A DNA stretch of 64,000 nucleotides from Octopus sinensis (taxonomy: Eukaryota). Made by a program: the position numbers and the translations under genes. Position 1 is the first letter of the stretch. Each line of letters opens with the position of its first letter. Shown here in pieces: positions 36,357 to 49,312 of the stretch. The notes below the pieces were generated by a model. That model saw nothing but the letters and a program-made list of their open reading frames with translations, did not search any database and was not told where the DNA came from. The stretch covers positions 28,148,001 to 28,212,000 of the forward strand of contig NC_043003.1 of NCBI RefSeq assembly GCF_006345805.1, written 5' to 3'.

Positions 36357-36570
36357 AGGCGGCGAGCTGGCAGAAACATTAGCGCGCCGGGCAAAATGCT
36401 TGGCGGTATTTTGTCTGTCGATACGTTCTGAGTTCAAATTCCGCTGAGGTCAAGTTTGCCTTTTATCCTTTCGGGGTCGTGCTGGGATCGATGTAATCGA
36501 CTTAATCCCTTTGTCTGTCCTTGTTTGTCCCCTCTATGTTTAGCCCCTTGTGGGCAGTAAAGAAATATAT
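36357..36570 (+). mobile_element. SINE family A, subtype A2
   Basis: Family A head plus the tail gtccttgtttgtcccctctatgtttagccccttgtgggcagtaaagaaat. Confidence 0.88.
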
Positions 36571-36589
36571 AGTATTCATCTTGGTAACC

Positions 36590-37350
36590 GTGTTTACTCC
36601 ATAGTCTGGATATTCTTAAACCAGCAGAAATATCGCTGCATCAATATCTCTTCCATTGTAAGGAGACTGGCTTTCGCTAGGACGATGGTATTCCTGATCT
36701 TGTCTGCGTACTTCACTTGAAATGTAATATGCTAGTTGTTCCATTGTCGTTCGCGTGAAAACACTACTAAAACATCCACCAAACTGGGCATGTCCTCTAC
36801 TCTATAGAAAACAGGGTCATAATCATCAGCAAATATTTCTCTAATCTGTAGTCATATCCTTAACTCTGAGGTGTGACACCTTAAAATGTTTGATATCAGG
36901 TGTTCTTTGCATGTTTATGTACCTTCGTTTGAGTAGCATAATACCCGAGCAACCCTAACTGATAAAATGAGAATAATGTTGACGCAGGCACGCAATCTTG
37001 CTTGATCACCATTGCACCATTAAGCTGAGCAACCGAATTTGCCTCCCCCTACAACAGTGTCATGTCACAGATTTGATTACCAGAGACTTCCCACTGGTAA
37101 ACTTGTGAACCAATACAACTTGTGCATAGTCGGGACATCGGCGACTAAACTGGTAACCTGATGATAATGAAAGTGATTATTAGACATCCTGCAGGACGGG
37201 GAAGAAGGTTATCACAGAAGAGAGGAACTTAGGAGAGTGAACAGCTGTCCAATACCACGTATAAGTAAAGAATGTGGACATTTACCAGCTTCTAGTCCTC
37301 TGCTGAGACTGTAGAATCATGAAATCTTGACCTGTTCTCGTCCACTATGT
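36590..37350 (-). mobile_element. Degraded RTE-clade LINE fragment
   Basis: Minus frame QVKYADKIRNTIVLAKASLLTMEEILMQRYFCWF resembles the RTE thumb consensus IxWQDKIxNxEVLxRAxLxSIxxxLxxRRLRWxGH. The extent toward 37350 is approximate. Confidence 0.55.
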
Positions 37351-38229
37351 ATCCAACAGTTTATATATAGAAAATACTACGAGTGACTGCAAAAACTATC
37401 AGCACCTAAAGCCCTTGCAAGCAATCTGAAGAAGCTTGAAATATTTGAGGGAAAAGTAAGTTGATAACATCGATTCCAATTGTTGACTGGTAATTTATTT
37501 TATCGATTCTGAAAGGATGAGAGGTAAAATTGACCCTGGCTGGATTTAAACTCAGAATGTAAAGATCCTGAGCATATACAGGAAAGCATTTTATCCGTAT
37601 TTATCTGTAAATCTGCTGCTTTGATGATAATACTAATTAATTCTAAAATAGGAACAAGACCAGTAATGAGAGAGCTGGGGATGAGTCGTACCATCGATCG
37701 AAGTACTTGATTGGAAATATATTTTATCGACCACGGAGGGGTGAAAGGCAAAGTTAGACAAGGGCTTGTGCCGTTGGTGGTCAGAGCGACTCTGGATCTG
37801 TGGGGTTTTTAATTGGCCCTTGTTGTAGGTTTCCAGTATCAGGAGGAGCTCATCATTCATATTTTCACTTACTTTGTATACTGTATATACTTTATCTCAT
37901 TTTCTTTTCTATTTCTTTCTCACCTTTTATGTAGATGTCCTTGCAATATTCCCCTCTTTCATGCCCCCCTGGCTAATAAAAAAATTATCATCATCAACAT
38001 CATCATCAGAATCATCACCAGAAAGCGCATGGGTTAGTGGTTAGGGTGTTGCATTCACGTTTGCGAGATTGTGGTTTCAATTCGCTGACCGGGTGTTGCG
38101 TTGTGTTCTTGAGCAAAACACTTTATTTCGCGTTGCTCTGCGATCATTTCGTCATCTGACCCGCCGTGCATCTATACAGGAAATGTCGATTTGATCGAAC
38201 TTATATGTACGCAAACATTTGATCACTGT

Positions 38230-38812
38230 AAACAAATTATGTGTATGGTTGTTCTAACGACGGGAGAATCCATGATTATTGGTGGATGAATCTGAAAGGC
38301 GTAAGGACAGTTACATTCCTCTTTGATAGAGGTACCATTGACTTCTTCAAGTTTCATTTGAAAAAGGAAATTGAAAATCGAGAGGGAATTACTGTCCTCC
38401 AGTGATTTTATTGAAAGATGGGTGAAAGTTGCGAAAATAGCAAGAGAGGATGGTACCTCTCTAAGTGTTGACTTGTGAGTCGGAGAAAGGAAATTGGTGA
38501 GAGCACTTGCTCTGGGTGTTAAGGGAGATATTGGACAGTGGGATTCCTTGATTATCCCTAAAGGTCATCCTGTATCAGGAGGACTACATCTCTATCATCC
38601 CCACTTTTTTGTTAATCTTTGTATATTGTGTGTATTTCACTTCCCTTTCATTGTACACCGTGTATACTTACCCCTTTTATTTATTTATTTATTTCATCAT
38701 TTCATTATATGTAAACCCACATTGCCCTCATTTTTCACTGTAACCTCACCACAAAGTGTTGATTGTCCTTGAAATGTTCCCCTCATCCATACCCAGGTGT
38801 CAAATAAAAATG
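38230..38812 (+). mobile_element. Tx1-clade LINE 3' fragment, same family as 4371-6215
   Basis: FHLKRKLKIERELLSSSDFIERWVKVAK-like C-terminus. The 3' UTR motif gattatccctaaaggtcatcctgtatcaggagg matches the reverse complement of ~4560-4610. A shorter related 3' end lies at ~37790-37985. Confidence 0.8.
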
Positions 38813-39486
38813 TTCCTACTCGGGCCATGCCAGACTCATAAGAGCCAGTCTCCCGGTTTCAGTGGCGTAGAAATTCCCCATCTGGACGGGACGCCAGTCC
38901 ATCGCAGCGTTACCCATTTTTGCCAGCTGAGTGGACTGGAGCAAATGAAATGAAGTGTTTTGCTCAAGAACACAACGTATAGCCCGGTCCAGGAATCGAA
39001 ACCACAACTTTACGATCATGAGTTCAACACCCTAACCACTAAGCCACACGCCTCCTGTGTTAAATAAAAGAAATCATTATTATTATTATTATCATCAGGT
39101 TTTTATTTCATTTTATTTTATTTAGAATAAACATGACAAAATAAAACAAACATAAAAATATATATAGAAAAGAAAATGAACGAAAAAGAAGTCAGCTTGG
39201 TATGAATCTGTAAGAATTAATGATTTCATTTGTGTAATTAACAATGAATAGTTTATTATATTTTTTCCGTGAGTCTAGCCGATTGTTTTGATTGATCCCA
39301 GTATGTTATTCGTATTTGTTATTTGATTGATTTCGTTAACGATGGATCAAGGGCCAAATCTACCTTGGCAAGATTTTAAAATCAGAACGTCGAAGATTGA
39401 GATGATATACAAAGAAAGAAACAAAAGAAAAAAATTGTCTTAAACTTTATCTTTGCCAAATCACCGCGTCTCTGAACGCAAACGCA

Positions 39487-39548
<62 letters not shown>

Positions 39549-39622
39549 GATTTTTATTTGCCACGGAGGCATTGAATGAATGAGACATTACAATTATAAA
39601 GACAGGTCACAATTTGTGTGAA

Positions 39623-39677
<55 letters not shown>

Positions 39678-39917
39678 TAATAATAATAATAATAATTAAT
39701 AATAATAATTTCTACGGGAAGCACAAGGCCTCAAACTAGGGGGAAGGGACTAAGTCGGTTACATCGACCCCAGTGCGTAACTGGTACTTATTTAATCGAC
39801 CCCGAAAGGATGAAAGGCAAAGTCGACCCAAGCGGATTTTGAACTCAGAACGTAGCAACGGGCGAAATACCGCTAAGTACTTTTCCCTGCGTGCTAATGA
39901 TCCTGTTAGTTCGTCTC

Positions 39918-39960
<43 letters not shown>

Positions 39961-40358
39961 TAATAATAATAATAATGATAATAATAATAATAATAATAAT
40001 AATGAGATTTTTTTTATTTGCCACGTGGGTATTGTATGAATGAGACATTACAGTGACAAAGGCAAGTCACAATTTGTGTGAAATAGTAATAATGATAATA
40101 ATAATAAGAAGAAGAATAAGAATAACAAAAAATTTTCCAAATGTTTGGTACATAGCCAGTAATTTTGAGAGGAGGGGAAGTCGATTATACAGACTTCCTG
40201 TCTTTAACTGGTTACTCTATTTTGTCGATCCCGAGTGGGACAAAAGGCAAAGTTTTATCTCGTGGGAATTTGAAACCAGAACGTATAATGTACCGGAACA
40301 AATACTCTATTTTGTTTGAGAAAATAATAATAATAATATAATAATAATAATAATAATA

Positions 40359-40412
<54 letters not shown>

Positions 40413-40414
40413 CT

Positions 40415-40628
40415 TTTCTATTAAAGGTACAAGGCTTGAAATTTTGGGGAGGGTGGATAGTCGATTACATCGATCCCAGTACTCAACTGGTACATAATTT
40501 ATCGACCCTGAAAGGATGAAAGGTAAAGTCGACCTCGGCGGAATTTGAACTCAGAACGTAGCGACGGGCGAAATACCGCTAAGCATTTCGCCCGGCGTGC
40601 TAAACGTTTCTGCCAGTTCGCCGCCTTC
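40415..40628 (-). mobile_element. SINE family A, full length, in (TAA)n
   Basis: Near-consensus copy with (ATT)n/(GTT)n flanks on the element strand. Confidence 0.9.
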
Positions 40629-41740
40629 TATAACAACAACAACAACAACAGAAGTCATAATAATAATAATAATAATAATAATATAATAATAATAATAATA
40701 ATAATAATGTTAACAATAATGTGAATAAAAATAATGTTAAAAATAATGAAGATGACTATAATAAGAAAAAATGTCTTTTAAATTCTTGGAAATATTCCAT
40801 GTGTCTAGGTTCTGCAGTAAGTCTTGTTTTGTCTCTAACCGTAAGGATAGCCGTGTGGTTTCTTCTGCGATTGGTGGCGATGGTGATGATGATAAAATTG
40901 TTTGGTGGCGGTGAAGTTGACAACGACGACGATGATGTCCACAAAGACAGTGGTGTTGACGATGGCGGCGGTGGCGGCGATGGTGGTGGTGGTGGTGGTG
41001 GTGGTGGTGATAGTGGTAGCAATGGTAGAAGTTTCAAAATTGTTCCCATATTAGTGATGGTGGTAGTTATAGTGGCCGTTGTTTGTTGTGATTGTTGTTG
41101 GGAGTGGTAATGTTTAGGTGGTAGTATTCGGGGTGGCAGAGTTGGGGTGATAGTGTTAGAATAGTAGTATTGGGATAGTAGTGTCGAAGCGGTTGCGTTG
41201 TGGTTTGGGAGTGATAGTTTTGGTGTTGGTGGTAGTAGTAGTAATTGTTGACAGGGATGGTAGTTGTGTTGGTGGTTGTGGTGGAGTTTTCATGTGGTGG
41301 TGTATTTTGATGGGAAAAGTAGTTGTGGCGAAGGTAGTAGTATAATTATTGTTGTTGTGGTGGTGTTAATTGTAGGAGCGGTTGTTGTTTGAAATTAGGT
41401 ATTGGTTACAGTAGCGATAGTAATACAGGAAGAATAATCGTAGTATTGGTAGTTGTTGTGGTGGTAGTTTTAGTGGTGAGGGTCATAGTATTGGAAGTAA
41501 TTAAAGTAGAGGGAAAGAGAGAGAGATCACGTGGTTGTATATTAGTGTTGATTTTGTGGCGGAGGCAATAGTGAATATGGTGAGGATGAGATGTAGTGGG
41601 GAGGGTGTTGAAGTTGAAAATAAATAAATAAAGCAAAAACAAAAGAAAAGAAAAAAAACAAATATTAGAAACAGTAATGGCGGAAGTTAATTAAAACTAA
41701 ATAAAAAAATAAACAGCAACAACAACAACAACAACAACAA

Positions 41741-41796
<56 letters not shown>

Positions 41797-42012
41797 ATAA
41801 TAATAATAATGATCCTTTCTATTAGTAGCACAATTTTTGGGGAGTGGAGCTAATTGATTAGATCGACCCTAGTTCTCAAATGGTACTTATTTTATCGACC
41901 CCGTGCATTCGAACTCGGGAGAACTTGCACTCAGACAGTTTTGGCAGACGAAATGATTCTAAGCATTCTGCCCGGCGTGCTAACGTTTCTACCAGTCTTT
42001 TTGCTAATGATG

Positions 42013-42063
<51 letters not shown>

Positions 42064-42066
<3 letters not shown>

Positions 42067-42470
42067 CTGTGCAAATATAAAGATCCTGAAATAGAAATTA
42101 GCAAAATGTGGAACCTGGAGACTAAAACAATACCTGTTGTCATAGGTGCCCTGGGAATGATAGCAAAAGGGGCTGATTGCTACTTAGCTCAGATACCAGA
42201 AAACCAAAAATGGCAGAAATTCAAAAGATAGTGCTCTTGGGAACTGCTCATATCCTACGCAAAATACTTTCTATGTAATCTCAAGTTTTAAAACAAACAT
42301 AATTTTCTTATGGTTTCTTAAACATTCTCTTGAACAACACTATGTACAAAACCAAATATATGGCACCCTAGGCATAACACCAGCATGAACTTCCAACTTG
42401 ATGTCTCTTGAGGTCTCTGGGTGAGACTTGGAGCCATCTTGTACAAATGTAAAGCAAAAGTCAAACATAA
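42064..42470 (+). mobile_element. R4/Dong-clade 3' fragment inside (TAA)n
   Basis: KLCKYKDPEIEISKMWNLETKTIPVVIGALGMI...EIQKIVLLGTAHILRKILSM*; (TAA)n on both sides. Confidence 0.85.
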
Positions 42471-42508
<38 letters not shown>

Positions 42509-42560
42509 TGATGATGATGGTGATAATAAAAATAAAAATAGTAGTTGTAGCAGCAGCAGC

Positions 42561-42610
<50 letters not shown>

Positions 42611-42842
42611 CAACAACAACAAAAATAATCCTTTCTACTATAGGCACAAGGCCTGAAATTTGAGGGAGTGGACTAGTCGATTAGATCGACCCTGGTGTAT
42701 CACTAGTACTTAATTAATCCCCCCTCGAAAGAATGAAAAGTAAAGTCGACCTCAGCAGAATTTGAACTCGGAACGTAAAGACGGGCGAAATGCCACTAAA
42801 CATTTCGTCCAGCACGCTAACGATTCAGCAAGCTCGCCGCCT

Positions 42843-42874
<32 letters not shown>

Positions 42875-43079
42875 TTGTTTCTAACTTAGGTATAGGGCCA
42901 GCATTCTAAATGAAGTAAGTCGATTAAATCAACCCCAGACTTCAATGGTAATTTATTTCATCGACCTTAAGAGGATGAAAAGCAAAGTCGACCTCGCTGG
43001 GGTTAGAACAAAGAGTTAAAAGAAATATAAATGGAACATTGAATTAATGCATGTCTGAACACAACACTGTAGAGTGTGA

Positions 43080-43210
43080 TCCCAGGACTTATGCTTTGTA
43101 AGCCTAGTACTTATTCTATCGGTCCTTTTTTGCCGAACCTCTAAGTTACGGGGACGTAAACACACCAACATCGGTTGTCAAGCGATGTTGGGGCGACGAA
43201 CACAGACTCA

Positions 43211-43258
<48 letters not shown>

Positions 43259-43400
43259 TATATATATATACATATATACGACGGGCTTCTTTCAGTTTCC
43301 GTCTACCGAATCCACTCACAAGGCTTAGGCCGGCCCGAGGTTAGGTGCCACGCAGTGGTACTGAACCCGGAACCATGTGGTTCGTAAGCAAGCTACTTAC
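43080..43400 (-). mobile_element. SINE family B, 3'-clipped
   Basis: Head and body match the family B consensus. Confidence 0.85.
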
Positions 43401-44829
43401 GACACAGCCACTCCTACGCCTATATATATATATATATATATTACATATATAGCTGCTTGCATATTATTCATTCACCAAATAAAGGGGAACGTATTTTATT
43501 TTCAAATAATTCCTTTGAATACAAATGGATGGATGTAATTAACCACAAAGCTGAACAATTTACGCCTGTGTGTTTACCACCACGGGCACCCACAGGTATA
43601 AGTATCATAGAGTAGTTAACGTAGTGCTAATGTAGTTATTGTAAGTAGTATTAAATATATTGTTAATGAGTGGAGTACTTAAATGTTAAACAGAAATAAT
43701 TATAGAGTAAGTAAAAAAACAAAACAAGCAAAAAACAACAAAACAGTATTAGTTATAGATTAATATTATTTTGACATCTTTGCGAGCACGTGAGACAACT
43801 TCAGACGTGTTCTGGCCTTATTCTGAACTCATCACCGACGCATGGTTTTTCAGCTTGTATACTAAATTAATAAGGAGAGAATCGCCAAATAAATATATAT
43901 AGTACTATATATTGGTTAGCACGTGGTGCTTGGCACACGATTATAAAAGCGTTGGTTCGTTTCCCGCACAAGACGGTGTGTTGTGTCCTCATGAAAGATT
44001 TTTCATTTCAGGTCGCTCTAGTTCACTCATATGAAAAATGAATGCGTACAGAATGTTGGTCCAATTTTCCTACCTCTCTCTCTAGATCTCATATTTCAAT
44101 ATTTCACTAGGCCAAGGGTTGTAAGGCCTAGATGATGTCTCAGTCTTCTGGCGACTAAATAGACATCCAAATCAATTAGTGAAAGCGTTGTACAAGTTGA
44201 GAAGTCTCTGTGGATACCAAGAGACAATTGTATGACAATTGTGTGCCATTAGTTGTCATAGAAAAATAGAATTATATGCATTAGTTAGCATACAAAAATA
44301 GAATTGTTCATTGAATTGGTACTGAGGTAAACATACTAAAACTGTTATTTACTATTATTAAGTTCAGAATATATAGTTCTGTGTTTCGAATCCGTCTAAA
44401 ATCAAGACTTAGCTTTATATCACAATGGAATCGATAAAGTAAGAACTAATTGGATAAAAAAAGAGAAAGTTGTTTAGCTAAAGGTCGGCTCTGATGGTGT
44501 AGACCTATTAATCAAAGACGTTCCAACGGTGGCTTTTTTTTAAATGCTTGTTGTATCAGGGATGCCATGGAAAAAAATACTGTTTGAAAAGAAATTGAGA
44601 TGACCATGACTGAAAGGCTTTTGACAGCAGTGTCCGTTGTATCAGGGCTACATAGAGTTAAGGAACAAATGCTACAACAACATGGAAGCATGCATTTACA
44701 TGCAGTAACATGCAGAGTGCCTCAGCAAGAGTACAAACAGACAAGACATCGAAATAGAAACTTATCAATGTTTTACGATGAAGTCTACTTTGTTAAGAAT
44801 AACAAAAAACTGACATTGTATAAACGTTT

Positions 44830-45625
44830 ATTAACATGTAGGAACATGTAGTACATCATCTCACAAAAAATATTCTCTTAATGAAATAATGAAATACTCT
44901 ACATGCTTCTGTACTTAGAAAGGGAGAACTGGATATCACGTTTTACTATGTAGAATATCCTAGTAAGAGTGTACAGATATCCCGATAACAGCTGATTAAT
45001 ATGTAGTAATGCGTGGAATAAATACTTCAGTGAGCGTGTCCAAACAAGCATGGGATTAACAGCAGATAAATATATAACAACATGTAGAGTACCTTAGTAT
45101 GAGAATACAACATGTAGGGACATGTAGAGTACCTTAATATGAGTGTACAATATATAGCAAAATGTAAAGAGCCTTAATAAGAGTTTACAACTCGTAGCAA
45201 CATGTAGAACAGCTTGCGAGTGAACAAATATATAACTAAATAACGAATGGATACATGTAGCAACATGCAAATTACTGTAATAAGAGTGTACAACACGTAA
45301 CAACATCAAAAGCACCTTACTGAGAGTGAACAGACACATCTAAATAACGGCTAGACAACATATAGTAACATCTGGACTGTCTTAATAAGAATGTGTAATA
45401 TGTAGCAAAATATAGAATATCTTAGTAAAAGTGCACAGTCATAGATCTAGATAACAGTTGGGCAACATGTGGCAATATGGAACAGCAACATGTAGTAGTA
45501 TAGAGAATTTCTCAATAGTGTACCACATGAAGCCAGATATAGAATACCTTAGTAAGAATGTAGAGATGATCTAGTTAATAGCCGGATAACATGTAGTAAC
45601 TTGTTGAGTACCTTAATAAGCCAAT
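44830..45625. repeat. Degenerate ~40-bp minisatellite
   Basis: Recurring aacatgtagagtaccttaataagagtgtac units, some extended by agatctagataacagctgga-like segments. Confidence 0.75.
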
Positions 45626-45983
45626 TAAAAGATAGGAAATAGCTCAGTAACTGTCTCATAAATTAGGCAACTTAAAAGTAGTTTGGTGAAGTACCTCGAT
45701 AATAGGAATCTACTTAATGCGGAGTTGTGTATTTCAGTCGGGGACAACTACCTAATAGAAATAACAACTAAGTCTCTCTCAAATCACATACACACTTTCG
45801 TTTTGAATAATACAGTGAGAAATGTAGACCAGGCATGGCTATGTAGGTAAGTCGTTCACTTAGCAAACAAGTGTTTCGGGTTCAGTTCCAATGTGCAACA
45901 CCTTAAACAAGAATCTTCTAGTATAACCCCTGACTGACCAATGCCTAACAAATGAAGTTAGACGGGAACAGTGTGGTGGACCT

Positions 45984-46052
<69 letters not shown>

Positions 46053-46095
46053 ATAGTATATGTATATATATATATGTGTGTGTGTATATATATAT

Positions 46096-46140
<45 letters not shown>

Positions 46141-46154
46141 TATATATATACATA

Positions 46155-46201
<47 letters not shown>

Positions 46202-46278
46202 ATATATATATATATGAAAATAGTAATGCAATACGAGAGTATTGCTTTCCAGTAAAGGATAGCCCGTGAGGGTAAAAT

Positions 46279-46375
46279 TATACATATAAAAGTAAATAAT
46301 GGCACAACGAAGCACCGATATTTTCCAGTAAATATCGGTGCTTCGTTGTGCCATTTATTTACTTTTATATGTATA
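46279..46375. repeat. Near-perfect ~45-bp-arm hairpin
   Basis: tatacatataaaagtaaataatggcacaacgaagcaccgatattt-tccagt-reverse complement, with one 1-nt gap. Confidence 0.95.
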
Positions 46376-46384
46376 TATATATTA

Positions 46385-46428
<44 letters not shown>

Positions 46429-47039
46429 CCAAATTGAGGGAGTGGAACAGGTAAAATCCAGGCTACATATGTTTTCTGGCTAGCAGATCATCTGATAAAA
46501 TAATTATTCAACGAAGGGTACTCAGCTCGATTTATTTTTCCATTCCTCGCTTTTCGAAGTCTCCTGAAGAAGGGGTTATAGCCTCAAATATAGAAATACA
46601 ATGTAAAACTGGTACTTCATTTTGTTTTCCCTTCCTTTGTAGTTTGCTTTGTACCTTCCCGTATTGTTCCGGCCTTACACAACAAATCTCTTTAAAGTAA
46701 TACCACCAAATTCTTCACTAAAACTACTGCATTATATATACATATATACCCCGAATTGAGTAATCCGGATAGAGTTAGCCTCCTTTTCACCATGAGTTAG
46801 AGTTAACCCCCTTTCTTTACACCGCCGGTGAAAAGTCTAGCCAGAATAAACACGTGGAAAATATACGCTTAATTAAACTTGGGTCTGCAGTTTAAAATAA
46901 CCTCCACCCTACATCCACTTCGCAGCAGAATTATCAACTAAGAAATCTACTATAATGTAAGAGTCACTATTCTTTGTTTTTATTCTCGTTACCAATGTAT
47001 CCCTATGACTTTCGCTCTTCCTACCTCTACATATGTCTA

Positions 47040-47095
47040 TGCATTCTGATGATGTCTACCACTACAACTGGTAAACAGAAACGATCGTATATGTA
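47040..47095 (+). ncRNA. Type I hammerhead ribozyme fold
   Basis: Core CUGAUGA (47046-47052), stem II UGUCUACCA/UGGUAAACA (8 of 9 pairs), GAAA, palindromic stem III ACGAUCGU, GUA site after 47089. Stem I has 5 bp plus a U.U at position 1.1/2.1. Confidence 0.65.
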
Positions 47096-47190
47096 CTATT
47101 ACTACCACTTTTCGTTATTAATTAATTAAATTAATGGCTTACTAGCGCAAACGACCAACTTCTTCCTGTTATTTTCCTCGATTTTCTTCT

Positions 47191-47254
<64 letters not shown>

Positions 47255-49117
47255 TACACACGTATTTGTGCGCAGGTACGCGCGCGCTGCTCTTCATGCT
47301 TTTTGTTCGCTATTACATAATTTATTTGACAAAAAACATGGATTGCTTTACTTCTCCATAAACTAGCGGTTCGACAGAAAAGACCTTCGGTAAAATAAGT
47401 ACTAAACTTAAAATATGTACTGTGATCGATGTACTCGATTAAATCACTTGTCCTTTAATTTATAGTGGCTCCGAGCCCGCTTTTCATAGAATGGAGCTTT
47501 ACAAAAACCCAATTCCATGTTTTGCCACTCTCGCTAAAATACACCATACTTTAATTAAAGAAAAGCTAATTTTGTGTATAATGTTTACTATTCAATCTTT
47601 TATGCTATCCCATCAAGGATGCTGTGTTGCAGCCTGGGTTTTGACCGTCATCCTGTGCTGAAGCTAAACTGGCAGACTGCTTTTTTAAACGTGACATACC
47701 TTCCACTACAAAAAGCATATATTTAAAATAGCTGCCCTCCACAGTCTACAAAATGCACTCTCCACGCTACACCTCGGCCAGTATGACCCCTTTTTAGATA
47801 TCTGCGTGGACTAGTGATCCTGCCCCTATATTAAATCTTTGGAGAAATACTAATAAAAAAAACCCTGTGTGGATATGTATCATTCTTTCTAATTTTGGCA
47901 CAAGATCAATAATTTTGATGGGAGCAGGTAAGTTGATTACATCGGCCCCAGTACTTGACCGGAACGTATTTTATCAACCACAAGAGAATCAAAGGCAAAG
48001 TTGACCCTAGTGAGAATTGAGCTCAGAGCGTAAAGAACCGTGAGAAATGCAGCTGAGCATTTCATCTGACGCGCTCATGATTCTGCCAGCTCGCTGGCTT
48101 GAGGGCTTATATAATGACATTGCATTGGACTTTGGTACATCATCAGTTGTCTTTCTTTACAGAGCTAACAATATCTTATTTCCATTTTAACCTCAAACAG
48201 TTTCTTTTTACTCTCTTGATGCCAAACAACGGCACCCAAGACTATCCATTGGTTTTATAGTACAAACTTACCGTTTTAATGTGATGTAAATTAAAAATCC
48301 TCTTTAAAATTTCATGCTAACTTACGTTCAAAATATCAGATTAATAACAATAAATTTATTGTTATATTTGGGGATGGTCATTTGTTTTGTCAAATAACTA
48401 CACGCACTAATTATAAAATTATTTTACTACATTTTTCATAATTTTTGTAATTAACTAAAATATAGAGGTGAACTTCAATAGAAATATGGTAACAAAGGGG
48501 TTAAATATAATGTTACACCTGGTTTAAATAATTTATACCTAAGAAAATTCATGACCCCCCCTCAAAACACCCACTAGCCTCATAGAACTGCTTTGTTATT
48601 TGATGTCCAACTTCATGGCCTTACAACTAAGCCCAAGGGCGGGGGATGAGGGCTACCGCAAGGTTAAGAAATATTGGACCTAACCCTTGAAGGCGGTGCC
48701 CCAGCATGGTCGGAGTCCAATAATTGGAACAAGTAAAACAATAAAAGTATTATGTATCAAAAAGACAGGACGGTTATGGCTGGACAGTCTTTCGCCATAG
48801 GCTTTCGGGACTGACTTGAGTTTTAACAACAACAATAAAAATAACAATTAAGTAGTAAACCAATAACAATGTTACTTTATTAACAGTTTAGATTGAAGTT
48901 CGTGTCTTCAGTAAAAGTGCTGATAATGAATCAGCGACGTAAAGGCAACGTGTGTGTAGTTAGCCCAGTAATACAGGGCCGTAAAAATCAACTTAGATAA
49001 CATTATGATAACAATGTAAGAGTTTCATAACTCGTACCCAAGTAACATCTGTATAATAAACTAGCATCTATTTGATTTATACGTTCGTTTTATTTTTGTG
49101 ACGGATGAATTTATAAG

Positions 49118-49312
49118 GAAAGTGAAACGGATGAACTGAATAATGAAATTGATGCTCGTAGTAAAGAAAGACTCCCGGCTGATTTAATATCAGTAACGAT
49201 GAGTTCAGTAGTGAGTGACGGCACTCACTATGTATTTCGTTCTTCAAGGCACGAGCCCGTAGAATACGAGAACCCAAGAACATATTCCGCTCGCTTTAAC
49301 GTTTATAAATAA
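49118..49312 (+). CDS. Candidate terminal exon of an unidentified + strand gene (ESETDELNNEIDARSKERLPADLISVTMSSVVSDGTHYVFRSSRHEPVEYENPRTYSARFNVYK*)
   Basis: 64 open codons start directly after tttataag|, with an in-frame TGA just upstream. GC/CpG is higher than the flanks. No partner exon or homology was recognised. Confidence 0.3.
   Translation, partial: ESETDELNNEIDARSKERLPADLISVTMSSVVSDGTHYVFRSSRHEPVEYENPRTYSARFNVYK

Noticed and set aside
37420-37450. CUGAAGA-AGCUU-GAAA-UAUU
   Set aside because: Stem II is essentially absent and stem I does not form.
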